Source of the DNA: Bryobacterales bacterium
GTDB lineage: Bacteria; Acidobacteriota; Terriglobia; Bryobacterales; UBA6623
Assembly: GCA_965207035.1 (NCBI GenBank)
Contig: OZ242259.1
Span: 2,105,454-2,169,453 of the forward strand
DNA length: 64,000 nt
Direction of reading: 5' to 3'
A program made the translations under genes and the position numbers. Below the pieces are notes generated by a model. That model was not told the DNA's origin. It did not search any database and saw nothing but the letters and a program-made list of their open reading frames with translations. Positions 48,501 through 57,628 of this stretch are shown one piece after another (the stretch's first letter is position 1; each line of letters starts with the position of its first letter).

Positions 48501-49233
48501 GGATATGCAGATCTTCAGGGGGCCCCAGAACGGTAGCTCTTACGGAGCCGGAGAATGGATCTGGGCTTGGGTGCAGCTAGACACAGAGGTCGAGGTTACC
48601 GGCGATCCCGAGCTTGCCCTGACAATCGGCAGCCGGATCCGCCCGGCGAGCTTCCATGGCTCCAGCCCCATCACACTCTGGTTTCGCTACGCCGTGCAGG
48701 CGGGGGACATGGACACGGACGGCATCGGCATCGCCGCCCACGCCCTGAGGCTCAATGGCGGCACAATCAGGGGCCCCGGCGGTGCCGATGCGGACCTAGA
48801 CCTGAGAGCCCATGCCGTTGCCAACTCCAGCGAGCATGCGGTGAACGGCGACACGCCAGCTACGCTTGTCGTCAGAGAGGTGCGGATCCGTACGCAGCCG
48901 CTAGATGGCGTAGCGTACGGCACGGGCGAGGGGATCGGCATTCTCGTCGCGTTTACCGGACCGATCGAGGCATCGGGCCCCGTGCAACTAGTGGTGGATA
49001 TCGGCGGCTACAAGAAGAGGGCAACCTACGACGCATACCAGCCATCAACGCTGTGGTTCACCTACCGCGTTCAGTCCGATGACAACGACCCGGATGGCGT
49101 GAGTATCCCGGCGGACGGTCTGCTATTGAACTCAGGATCCATCTCAAGCCCTGCCGGCGCCACAGTGGATGTTGATCTCGGCGACCACTCGATCAGCAAC
49201 GCGGAGGGGCACAGGGTGCGGGACGGTGGGTGA
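45514..49233 (+). CDS. Large secreted astacin-like (M12A) zinc metalloprotease with B-repeat, PPC-like and triple C-terminal repeat domains (paralog 1)
   Basis: The zinc motif is HEIGHSAGLRHEHQRKDRD and the Met-turn region is SVMHY. It has a PPC-like segment (TVTFQSATPGAEVDLYM) and three ~126-aa C-terminal repeats. The start is uncertain (45472 GTG or 45514 ATG). Confidence 0.85.
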   Translation: MCRRSALLRFQPPGLTLSVATFVLALLNPLVLVADDRAIESEHPLNGSTGVAIFGGEALHYEVIDGIAIHDGDMVLGTVEEVVEATRRWRSRKAVTGSLPDRRELSPEGGDYLWPDGIIPYEIEPGFTARALQDIETAIHEWNSRTVLTLVERTDESSFVQFRPRSSTPSGSSCSAAVGYRAGARAVWLLGPRGCGVSATVHEIGHSAGLRHEHQRKDRDRHVQVSDLLRTGPSRFSYSNIRPVGGQYDYASVMHYSGGIETIPPGMPIRTSTRLSAGDIDGVARMYGMPPTATTISTNPPGLEIVVDGERVVTPASFDWDAGSEHVLRVPSPQSFGSVRYVFGRWNDGEDSERTITSDPEMTWYEASFIVQKQFFTCATPGEAGYVTVRTESSGGFHTVGAPIEFEAVPKPDSDLQFTDWDWDNTTTRHGESTNPATVASVSRASGWTTYQANFKAGPFFVIDTDMDRAWIRTDGRVRNLPYAVHAAEHQEGIGVDAPETIYVSSGVRYRFKGWSDGGERAHTVNVPTTGGSLRLDLAREYLVFGRPIGRSDRDAALQITPESEDGYYEEGTQVTMTAVPTSDRPFAGWVGAVSSSDLVQTVQADGPKALWPVFAESLPVTPGESTAVTLAATDQLELHNRSDGFNVLVPSDAEALTVTFQSATPGAEVDLYMSLGREVAAQLGDNGETEAIIADFESTATGAGETITINRNSVPPLIDEIYYIGLAVHPTQTEIQGTLSVEVRRSGITGASPTALTFISSNTSDPASQTVRLSHHVTGSVRYRIDSSLASVTVAPQEWVQTESGTTDIAVAVNNAGQDLGSHHGTLTVVQVREDDTLSTGIEIPVMVGIIDGNPNNTSAPRISRVRLTTRPVVGNTYVEAAPIEVEVQFGEPVEVTGTPRLALTVGDQTRQADGVGSDTNQCGGFERMSFRYEVQTEDRDPDGIGIGADALTLNGGTIRSLAGTDANLDLGTHAIATARGHSVDGRLGIAPRVVDMQIFRGPQNGSSYGAGEWIWAWVQLDTEVEVTGDPELALTIGSRIRPASFHGSSPITLWFRYAVQAGDMDTDGIGIAAHALRLNGGTIRGPGGADADLDLRAHAVANSSEHAVNGDTPATLVVREVRIRTQPLDGVAYGTGEGIGILVAFTGPIEASGPVQLVVDIGGYKKRATYDAYQPSTLWFTYRVQSDDNDPDGVSIPADGLLLNSGSISSPAGATVDVDLGDHSISNAEGHRVRDGG
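48097..49230 (+). repeat. Three tandem ~126-aa protein repeats at the C-terminus of astacin paralog 1
   Basis: The recurring pattern is V.V.G.P.LAL.(I/V)G...R.A.......L.FRY.VQ..D.D.DGI.I...AL.LNGGTIR...G.DA.LDL..HA......H.V(D/N)G. Confidence 0.8.
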
Positions 49234-49397
49234 CGTTGGCGGAAGCCGGACACCCCAGTCTTTTCCACCCCAACAATGAACGCGACCAGACCGTCCGTGC
49301 GAATACGCGTCAGGACTGGGTCCGTCCTCGGCTTAAGACCCCCTCCTACCGCAGGTCTGGGACTGGCTGACGCCCCCGTCATCGGGCGCGAATCTGT

Positions 49398-49832
49398 CTA
49401 CGCCAAGAGGGGGTTTCGCTTGGCAGGCATCGGAAAGCGGCTGAAGTCGCGATCCGAGGTCCAAAGCTCAGATATCCCGTGCGACGAGCAAATCGCTGCG
49501 ACCCGAGCGTCGTGCACCATGGGGCCCCTGATCTTTCCCCGAATCAAGAACTTCTTGAGCAGCGTCCAATGGTCACTGGACTCGCAGATCAAGACCACGG
49601 ATGGCGACGCCGTCCAAGCCTCTACCTGGTCCGTGGCTGCATCGATCGTCGAAGGCGGGTCATAGATTCGCGGGTTGGTGACGATTGCCAAGAACTCGTG
49701 GATGCACGGCCATGGAATCGCCCAGGGCGTGCGCCCCTCGGCCAGGCTTTTCATCGCTGATGCCGCGGGAGCGTGCCATTCGGAGTCCGCGCGGTGGGCA
49801 TACACGAGAATGTTCGAATCGACTGCAATCAA
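49398..49832 (-). CDS. vapC: PIN-domain toxin VapC
   Basis: It reads MIAVDSNILVYAH..., ...HEFLAIVTN... and ...VHDARVAAICSSHG...LWTSDRDF. It overlaps the antitoxin by 4 nt. Confidence 0.85.
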   Translation of the reverse strand: MIAVDSNILVYAHRADSEWHAPAASAMKSLAEGRTPWAIPWPCIHEFLAIVTNPRIYDPPSTIDAATDQVEAWTASPSVVLICESSDHWTLLKKFLIRGKIRGPMVHDARVAAICSSHGISELWTSDRDFSRFPMPAKRNPLLA

Positions 49833-50074
49833 AGTCCACGGCCTCCGTACGACGCTTCCAGAATGTCCGACCAGGGCTTCGTCTGAAACTCCCGATGCAG
49901 TCCCCTGCCCTGGATACTCTTGTCCGGAAGCCTATACTGCGTTTCATCTCGATCCCGTTCCAAGGCCATCCGGAGGCCCTCTTCGACCACGGCGCGAAAG
50001 GTTGTGCCTCTCTTGGCGGCAAGTTCCCTAGCCCTGACCGCGAGGTCATTGGCAATGTCAATCGTTGTTTTCAA
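49829..50074 (-). CDS. vapB: VapB-type antitoxin
   Basis: The likely TTG start at 50074 gives (M)KTTIDIANDLAVRARELAAKRGTTFRAVVEEGL. The track ORF starts 36 nt further upstream. Confidence 0.7.
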   Translation of the reverse strand: MKTTIDIANDLAVRARELAAKRGTTFRAVVEEGLRMALERDRDETQYRLPDKSIQGRGLHREFQTKPWSDILEASYGGRGL

Positions 50075-50533
50075 GATATGGGCACCCGTATCCAAGAATA
50101 TTGTACACAATACCTAGTCTTCCACCGACGGACTACGGGTCCGTATACGGCGACTCGAACGGTTCATCGATTGTCGAACCTGGAGGCGTGGCAGGCCCGA
50201 CTCGGCGAAGTAGGCGTACGGTGAAGCCAAGGTGAGTCAAGGCGGGTAGTGTGACGTGTCGTCTGCTGGAACGCGCCTGAAACGCGCCGGGATGCATTGG
50301 AGCGTCGGCGGTGCCAACGCCATCCTCGCCCCACGCTGCCGCTACCTGGGCGATCGCTTTGCGAACTTCTGGGAACGTCGGTCGGAGTCAAGCTGACCCG
50401 AGTCTCAAGGAATTACCCTGCACCCAAGGAGGGGTTGTTGTTTCTTCATGCAGGAATTCACTACACTAGTCATCCAATTGGAGGGTCCGGCGCTTGCACG
50501 GCTTCACCGCAAGTTCGCCGCATTGCTAACTCT

Positions 50534-53500
50534 ATGCATTCGAAACCATTTGCAAGCCGACGACCACCGGAGGTTCATGCCGGTCGCCGGACGAGGGCTG
50601 TTCGGCTGCAGCTGCTCGCCTATTCGTTCGGAATCGCAACGTCTATGTTTGGACAGGTCCCATCGCCTAGTCCGCCGAGCGAGCCGTTGGAGAGTCCTTT
50701 GGTTCGCCATAGCGGAATCACGATATACGGTGGCCAGCAACTAAGTTACGAAATCATTGACGGCATGGCCATCCATGACGGCGACATGGTCCTCGGCACG
50801 GCCGAGGAAGTGGCCTCGGCCGATCGGCAATGGAGGTCGGGGAAGCATCGACCAGCTTTCGGGCTTGAGAGGAGAGATCTCTCGCCGGAAGGCGGGGATT
50901 TGCTCTGGCCGGACGGAATTGTCCCATTCGTGATCAGCGAGGGATTTGAAGCAGAAGCAGTCCAGGACATCAAAGCGGCGATCCAAGAGTGGAATTCAAA
51001 GACAGTCATTACCCTGGTGGCCCGCACGACGGAGTCAGACTATGTCCGCTTCGTGCCCATGTCGTCGACTGGTTCCGGAACGAGGTGCTCAGCGAACGTT
51101 GGGAGAAGGGATGGGGAGCGATTCGTTTGGCTGGGCAGGCCGAGCGGTTGCGGAGTCAGCACTACGGTCCACGAAATCGGTCATTCCATCGGCTTGCGGC
51201 ACGAACACCAGCGCTTCGATCGGGACGAGTACGTATTCATCGCTGACGATGTGCGCTACGGCCCAAGCGGATTTTCGTATACCAACACGCGTCCGGTGGG
51301 CGGATCGTACGACTATGCGTCAGTCATGCACTACAGGACCGTGGAAACGATCCCTCCTGGAATGCCGGTTCGGTCTGCGGTGTGGCTGTCACCCGGAGAC
51401 ATCGACGGCGTGGCGAGACTGTATGGAACGCCGCCGACAGCGACCACGATCGCGACGAATCCTCCGGGTCTGGAGATCCGCGTCGACGGCGAGCGCGTCG
51501 TAACTCCGACGAGCTTCGACTGGACACCCGGCAGCAAGCATGTCCTGCAAGTCCCGTCCGCCCAGAGTAGCGGGACCGAGCGATATGTCTTCGGGCGCTG
51601 GAGCGACGAGGGCGGATTCCGGCGGGTCATCACTGCCGATCCGGAAGTCACGTGGTACGAGGCCAACTTCATTGTGCAGAAACAGTTGCGAGCTTGCGCG
51701 GTGCCGCCCGAGGCTGGCGAGGTGACGGTGCTTCCGGAATCGAGCGGTGCATTTCATTCGCTGCGTGCGGCGATCCAGATTGAAGCAACTGCCGATCCCG
51801 ACGCCGGGCTGGAATTCGTGAACTGGGACACGAGCTACGGAACGCTACGAAATGGAAATTCCACGAATCCCGTGCCAGGCCTTGGAATCTCCAGCTCGAG
51901 GAGCTGGACAGCCTACCAAGCCAACTTCGCCGCAGGGCCATTGTTTCGGATCGACTCCAATCTGAGTGGATTCCGGATCATCGCGGATCGGCGCTCCCGA
52001 TACCTCCCTTGGGCTGTCCCCGCCGCTGCCCATTCCCGCGGCATCGTAGTTGAGGCACCCGAGGTTACTCCAATTCGTAGCGGCGTACGGTACAGGTTCA
52101 ACAGCTGGAGCGACGGTAGCGCGCGCGCACATCGCGTCCGGGTGCCTCCTGAAGGAGGCTTACTGAGCGCCAATCTCACACCTGAGTACGCGTTATTCTT
52201 GCGTGCGGCGTCTCCCAGGGCCGCCATACCTCCCATTCAGGTCTCCCCAAGGCCCTCAGGAGGCTACTTCGAAGGCGGCACGCGGGTCGTCTTGACGGCC
52301 ATTCCGCAAGAGGGCATTCATTTCGCGGGATGGGTCGGTAACGTCTCAGGGACAGAGTTAGTCCAGACGATTGAAATGGACTCGGCAAAGAATGTTTGGG
52401 CCGTCTTTACGCCGAATGAGCCACTGCGGTCGGACGAGCCGGTGGAGATTGTCCTGCCCGCCTCGGATGAGTTCGATCTGCGCAGCGACGCGGACGGCTA
52501 CCACCTGCTCGTGCCGCCCGGCGCGGTGGAGTTGACTGTGAGTTTCCAGTCGGCTTCGCCTGGGGCCGAGGTCGACCTGTTCATGGCGGGTGGAAGAGAA
52601 GTCCTGGAAGAGCTTGGGCCCGATGGTGCGACGCAAAGCATCCGTGCCGAACACAGAGCAACCTCGCCAAGTGCCAGCGAAAGCATCACGATCAATCGGA
52701 ATTCGACTCCGCCTTTACGGGACGGCCTGTATTCCATTGCCTTGGGGGTTCAGCCGTCACAAACGGAGATTCGAGGCACGCTGACCGCGACGATGCGGAG
52801 AAGCGGCATCACGAGAGTAAACCCGCGGGCCCTCGCGCTGATTTCGACCTGGGATCGAGACCCGGTACCGCAGACGATCCAGCTCACACACGACACAACG
52901 AGTTCCACCCGGTACAGGATCGAATCGAGCCTTCCGTGGATCACCGTCTCCCCCCAAGAGTGGGTCCAAACTGAACCAGGGACCACTACGGTCACGGTGA
53001 CAGCGAGTCCCGCGGGCCAGGGCGCCGGAACTCATCAGGGCAAGCTGACCGTTGTCCGTGTCAGCGAAGAGGACACACCCAGCGGCAGTGTGCCGATTGG
53101 CGTTGAGATTCCAGTGGTTGTGTCACCGCTAGCCCCCAGCGCCAGCCGCGAGAGCACCCCTAGGGTGAGCCGCGTCTCGTTCTTCAGCTCACCCGAGGAT
53201 GGTGAAGTTTACAGAGTAGGCGAGCGCATTCGAATAGCGGTGTATTTCAGCGCGCCCATCGAGGTCGTCGGAAGTCCCCTGCTCGCGCTCACCATTGGCG
53301 ACAAGACACACCAAGTGGTTGGAAGGGGGAGTGTCGCCAGCCGGTGCGGTGGCGACGTCCTGGTCTCATTTATCCACGAAGTGCAGGCGGGTGATGTAGA
53401 CCTGGACGGCTTCAGCGTCGCTGCGAACGCCTTAACTCTCAACGGGGGTCACATCTGGAGCTTGAGCGGTGCCGATGCGGAGCTCGACCTCAGCATGCAC

Positions 53501-54295
53501 GCCTTCTCCAACGCGGCGGGCCAAGCAGTGGACGGTGCCCGGCCTGTTTCACCCACGGTGGACAGAGTGCTGCTCCGTTCCCGTCCGCACGGCGGCACTG
53601 CATACGGTGCCGGCGAATGGATCGAGGCTTGGGTGTATTTCAGCCAGCGGGTCGAGATTGAGGGGAATCCCCAGCTGGCTCTCACAGTGGGTAGCCAGAC
53701 CCGTCAAGCCGCCTTGCACGCTCGCGGCCTCACTTTCTTCGGATTCCGCTATTCTGTGCAAGCAGGTGACATGGACGCAGATGGTATCAGCATCGCTCCG
53801 AACGCGTTGACACTCAACGGAGGGAGCATCCGCAGCAGAGACGGTGCCGACGCAAACCTTGATCTAGGACGCAACGCGATCGCCAACGCCGATGGCCACG
53901 CAGTGGACGGTAGCAGGGCGGCGACACTCACCGCGAGAAGCATAGGATTCGCATCCAGGCCGAGAGACCGGACGGCTTACGGTACGGGCGAGTCAGTCCT
54001 CGCCTACGTCTCTTTCACTGGACCGGTCGAGGTGGACGGCAGCCCGCAGCTAGAGTTGACGGTAGGAGACCAGAAGCGCAAAGCCTCGTTTGACAGAGTG
54101 ATTGCCGATACGGTGTTCTTCCGTTATACGGTAGAGGCGGAAGACATGGACGATGACGGAATCGACATCGCTCCTAACGCGCTGATGCTCAACGGAGGGA
54201 GCATCCGCAGCCCTGCCGGGGGCGAAGTGAATCTCGATCTAGGCGGCCTCACTATTTTCATGCCAGAGCGCCACAAAGTTCGCGGCGGAGGGTAG
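50534..54295 (+). CDS. Large secreted astacin-like zinc metalloprotease (paralog 2)
   Basis: It has HEIGHSIGLRHEHQRFDRD and SVMHY, and is collinear with paralog 1 throughout. The start is uncertain (ATG at 50534 chosen: MHSKPF...). Confidence 0.85.
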   Translation: MHSKPFASRRPPEVHAGRRTRAVRLQLLAYSFGIATSMFGQVPSPSPPSEPLESPLVRHSGITIYGGQQLSYEIIDGMAIHDGDMVLGTAEEVASADRQWRSGKHRPAFGLERRDLSPEGGDLLWPDGIVPFVISEGFEAEAVQDIKAAIQEWNSKTVITLVARTTESDYVRFVPMSSTGSGTRCSANVGRRDGERFVWLGRPSGCGVSTTVHEIGHSIGLRHEHQRFDRDEYVFIADDVRYGPSGFSYTNTRPVGGSYDYASVMHYRTVETIPPGMPVRSAVWLSPGDIDGVARLYGTPPTATTIATNPPGLEIRVDGERVVTPTSFDWTPGSKHVLQVPSAQSSGTERYVFGRWSDEGGFRRVITADPEVTWYEANFIVQKQLRACAVPPEAGEVTVLPESSGAFHSLRAAIQIEATADPDAGLEFVNWDTSYGTLRNGNSTNPVPGLGISSSRSWTAYQANFAAGPLFRIDSNLSGFRIIADRRSRYLPWAVPAAAHSRGIVVEAPEVTPIRSGVRYRFNSWSDGSARAHRVRVPPEGGLLSANLTPEYALFLRAASPRAAIPPIQVSPRPSGGYFEGGTRVVLTAIPQEGIHFAGWVGNVSGTELVQTIEMDSAKNVWAVFTPNEPLRSDEPVEIVLPASDEFDLRSDADGYHLLVPPGAVELTVSFQSASPGAEVDLFMAGGREVLEELGPDGATQSIRAEHRATSPSASESITINRNSTPPLRDGLYSIALGVQPSQTEIRGTLTATMRRSGITRVNPRALALISTWDRDPVPQTIQLTHDTTSSTRYRIESSLPWITVSPQEWVQTEPGTTTVTVTASPAGQGAGTHQGKLTVVRVSEEDTPSGSVPIGVEIPVVVSPLAPSASRESTPRVSRVSFFSSPEDGEVYRVGERIRIAVYFSAPIEVVGSPLLALTIGDKTHQVVGRGSVASRCGGDVLVSFIHEVQAGDVDLDGFSVAANALTLNGGHIWSLSGADAELDLSMHAFSNAAGQAVDGARPVSPTVDRVLLRSRPHGGTAYGAGEWIEAWVYFSQRVEIEGNPQLALTVGSQTRQAALHARGLTFFGFRYSVQAGDMDADGISIAPNALTLNGGSIRSRDGADANLDLGRNAIANADGHAVDGSRAATLTARSIGFASRPRDRTAYGTGESVLAYVSFTGPVEVDGSPQLELTVGDQKRKASFDRVIADTVFFRYTVEAEDMDDDGIDIAPNALMLNGGSIRSPAGGEVNLDLGGLTIFMPERHKVRGGG
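53156..54292 (+). repeat. Three tandem ~126-aa protein repeats at the C-terminus of astacin paralog 2
   Basis: The repeat family is the same as at 48097-49230. Confidence 0.8.
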
Positions 54296-54458
54296 GGGTT
54301 CAGCAATCGAATCCAGAGATCTCGCTTGAGTCCTCAGGTCAGAGCCGTCCTGGAAGCCTCGTTGCGGCCGGGACGGGACTCCGCCGGACTGGACCAAGGC
54401 TGGTTTCGCGCGATACGCGCGAAGCCCTTGACGACCTTCTCTGGGGTGAGTGGCGCGC

Positions 54459-55060
54459 CTAAAACAATACGCTGTAGCTCAGCCCGGGTTTCCGGCTCCG
54501 CACAAGCAGGAACGTGAACACGTGCCGCCCGTGCCTGAAGTTTACCGTCGGGTGGACGTTGAACCCATCGAAGATCACCATAGAGCCCAGGCTCTCTGTG
54601 AGCCCCACGTTGATGCCACCGATCATTCGCAGGCTGTCGTGATAGGTCCCGTATGCCAAGCCGAAGTATGGAGCGATCGGCAGCTTTGTCTCCCGCTTGA
54701 GATTCTTGCTCGCGGTTGCGTAGAAGCTTTGGCCCGCGGGCGTTCCGATGCGATCAGAACTCGTGCCAACTATCACGGCGGGCATTCTCGAGCTCTCCGG
54801 CACGGCCAGCCAGTTCACCAAAGGATTGGCGCGTTCCCGTGTGGAGAGCGGGTTCACCTCGACCCCAGTAGAGTCATTTGTCGGTATCTCGGCGTGGGGT
54901 GGCTACGAGACGTTGGCTCGGTAGCGGTGCGACAGGTGCGGCAATTGGAGAGCGGACGGCCCCAAGATAGCGGAGGACTTCGCCGACGCGGCGCATCTCG
55001 ACGCCTGGACCGGGGTCTGCCCGAGCAACAAGATGCCTAGCAGTGCAACGCAAAGCCCGG
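54459..55060 (-). pseudogene. Outer-membrane beta-barrel-type gene with an in-frame TAG and no usable start codon
   Basis: A single minus frame reads ...GLCVALLGILLLGQTPVQA...RYRANVS(TAG at 54903-54905)PPHAEIPTNDSTGVEVNPLS...LSYSVLF. No ATG, GTG or TTG lies upstream of the signal-like segment. Confidence 0.5.
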
Positions 55061-55066
55061 TGGGGG

Positions 55067-55444
55067 CTATTCCCTCGACAAGCCGGCGGCCGTCGTGATG
55101 CTGCCAGACGGATCGATTCGCTGTACCCGATCATTGTCTGTGTCGGCGATGTAAAGGTTGCCCCTCGAATCCAGCACCACTCGGTCAGGGGACTCCAGTT
55201 CAGCCCTGACGGCCGTGCCGCCGTCCCCTCCGTAGCCGCTGCTGCCCGATCCGGCTACCCTGGTGACCGCCCCTGAAGCGTCGATCCGCCTGACCCAGTG
55301 GTTGTGCTTGTCGGCAACGTGCAGGTTGCCATCGGCATCCACCGCCACGTCCATCGGGCCCTTCATGTGGACCTCAACAACTGGGCCTTCGGCTCCCCAC
55401 GCACCGCATCCTCCGAGACACAGCCTAGGGATGTGAGTCGGCAA
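55067..55444 (-). pseudogene. NHL-repeat protein fragment (two repeats)
   Basis: It has GPMDVAVDADGNLHVADKHNHWVRRIDASG and PDRVVLDSRGNLYIADTDNDRVQRIDPSG. There is no signal peptide or credible N-terminus. Confidence 0.55.
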
Positions 55445-55748
55445 CTCGAAATGACTCCCTTCTGCACCATCATTGCCTCCTATTCAGCACTCCCTCTCCG
55501 ATTGGGTTCATCCACACGAATACGGACTCGGCCGGCTCGCATCCACCTCACGCCTCTCCGGATTCCCCGGTAGCTGGCGAACTCGGGCCGGTAGATTGAG
55601 AATGCGCGTGCCTGGAGGACTCGGCAAGCGCTCCGACCCACGCCACACGGTGCATTCGCTTCGTCCTCCTTCATCAATCTGGAGCCGGCCGGCTTGGCGT
55701 TGTGAAATGCACAGCGGACCATTCGTGCGATGTGCGCGGGGTGTGGAC

Positions 55749-55771
55749 TGGCCAGCGACAACTACTTTGGC
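55749..55771. repeat. IS left terminal inverted repeat
   Basis: See the mobile_element entry. Confidence 0.65.
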
Positions 55772-55847
55772 CCAACGCATTGCCTCGTAAAGTCTGCTAC
55801 CGGAGCACCATCGTTGCCTCACAATTCCTGTTACCGAAGGAGGCAAG

Positions 55848-57443
55848 ATGTCAAAGATCAGCGCGGAAGCGTGGAAGGAACTGGTCGCCGCCGTGGCCGA
55901 GAGGTATCAGGCCGGCTCGGCGACCGAGAAGGGGCGCATCCTCGACGAGTTTGTCGCTCTCACGGAGTATCACCGCAAGCATGCCATCCGCATTCTCAGT
56001 GGACACGCACCCAAGCTCAAGGGGCGCCGCGGGCGGCGCAGCCTGTACGACCAGGCCGTGACCGAGGCACTGGTCGTCCTGTGGGAAGCCTCGGACCGTG
56101 TGTGCGGGAAGCGTCTCAAGGCGCTCCTACCGGTCCTCGTCCCGGCGCTGGAACGTCACGGCCACTTGTGCTTGGACCCGGCCGTGCGCGAGCAGCTGAT
56201 GGCCGTCAGTGCGGCGACCATCGACCGCCGTCTCGTGGAAGCGCGCTCCGTGACCGCTGGCCAGCGGCGGCGCCGTTCCTCGCGGAACGGGCTGCGCAGC
56301 AGTGTGCCAGTGCGGACCTTCGCCGACTGGCAGGATCCGGAGCCGGGCTTTGTCGAGGCCGACCTGGTGGCGCACTGCGGCGGGACCATGGCCGGCAGCT
56401 TCGTGTGGAGCCTGGTGCTGACCGATATCGCCAGCGGCTGGACGGACTGCGCGGCCCTGCTGGTGCGCGAGGGGCGCTTGGTGGTGGAGGCCATAGGCCA
56501 GCTCCGCAAGGCGCTCCCATTCCCGTTGCGAGGGATCGACACGGACAATGGGACTGAGTTCCTGAACGAAGAGCTGGTCAGCTATTGCCGCGAGCAGGGG
56601 CTGGAACTGACGCGCTCCCGGCCGTATCGGAAGAACGACCAGGCCTGGGTGGAGCAGAAGAACGGGGCGGTAGTCCGCCGGCTGGTCGGATACGGACGGC
56701 TGGAGGGCGTGGCGGCCGCCGAGACGCTCGCGCGCCTATACTCGGCTGCGCGCCTGTTCGTGAACGTGTTCCAGCCCTCGTTCAAGCTGGCGGAGAAGAC
56801 GCGGGAGGGCGCCCGGGTACGCAAGCGCTATCACGCTCCGGAGACCCCGAGTGCACGGTTGCTGGTGTCGGATTCGATTCCCGTTGTGATGAAGGACCGT
56901 CTTAGTGCGCTGCTGGACACGCTGGACCCGCTCGCGCTCTTGGACGAGATTCGGACCGTGCAACACCATCTGGCCGCCTTGGCTGCGGGCGCGACGGTGC
57001 ATCCGATGCCGCAGCGGGATGCTGAGCTCGACCGGTTCCTGCGTAGCCTCGCCGTTGCTTGGCGAGCCGGGGAAGTGCGCCCGACCCACCGGCCCGCGGC
57101 GAAAGCACCGCGCTGGTGGCGCACCCGTCGCGACCCGTTCGAGACGACCTGGCCGCGCGTGGTGCAGTGGCTGGAAGCCGAGCCGGATCGCACGGCGAAA
57201 GAACTCTTCGACCGCCTGCGACGGGAGCATCCTGGCATGTTTGTTCCGGGCGAGCTGCGGACGCTGCAGCGTCGGGTCAAGGACTGGCGCCGACTCCAGG
57301 CCCGTCGGCTGATACTTGCCGACCCAATCGACCACGATGCCGATCCGGATGCGGCAGGAGACGATTCCGGTCAAGTCGACAGCACACTCTTGATCGCCAG
57401 CCCTGGCGAGGAAGGTGGGTTCGCATCCGTCGGTGCCCGGTAG
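55848..57443 (+). CDS. DDE transposase with an integrase-core (rve) domain
   Basis: The SD is GGAGG. It has an N-terminal HTH-like region, and the catalytic region includes GIDTDNGTEF and RKNDQAWVEQKNG. Confidence 0.9.
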   Translation: MSKISAEAWKELVAAVAERYQAGSATEKGRILDEFVALTEYHRKHAIRILSGHAPKLKGRRGRRSLYDQAVTEALVVLWEASDRVCGKRLKALLPVLVPALERHGHLCLDPAVREQLMAVSAATIDRRLVEARSVTAGQRRRRSSRNGLRSSVPVRTFADWQDPEPGFVEADLVAHCGGTMAGSFVWSLVLTDIASGWTDCAALLVREGRLVVEAIGQLRKALPFPLRGIDTDNGTEFLNEELVSYCREQGLELTRSRPYRKNDQAWVEQKNGAVVRRLVGYGRLEGVAAAETLARLYSAARLFVNVFQPSFKLAEKTREGARVRKRYHAPETPSARLLVSDSIPVVMKDRLSALLDTLDPLALLDEIRTVQHHLAALAAGATVHPMPQRDAELDRFLRSLAVAWRAGEVRPTHRPAAKAPRWWRTRRDPFETTWPRVVQWLEAEPDRTAKELFDRLRREHPGMFVPGELRTLQRRVKDWRRLQARRLILADPIDHDADPDAAGDDSGQVDSTLLIASPGEEGGFASVGAR

Positions 57444-57470
57444 CCGCCGATGTCGTCCGACGCATTCGCA

Positions 57471-57498
57471 GCGGGGGGCGCGATACCGCGCCCCCCGC
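57471..57498 (+). terminator. Perfect 12-bp GC-rich hairpin downstream of the transposase stop (no U-tract)
   Basis: The hairpin is GCGGGGGGCGCG-atac-CGCGCCCCCCGC and is followed only by TT. Confidence 0.4.
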
Positions 57499-57628
57499 TT
57501 CTCCGCCCTTGGCGGAGGGGCGACCCCCAGCGACCATCAGAGATTGCTACTGCTGCAAACCTCACTGGAGAGGCGGTAGCATCATTGTGAGGACGGTGGG
57601 TAGCATCCGGAAATGAGGCAACGCGGCG

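Noticed and set aside
55812-55821. A 10-bp inverted pair (CGTTGCCTCA / TGAGGCAACG at 57614-57623), first taken as the IS termini.
   Set aside because: It was superseded by the longer 23-bp repeats located outside it. I keep it only as a possible subterminal site.
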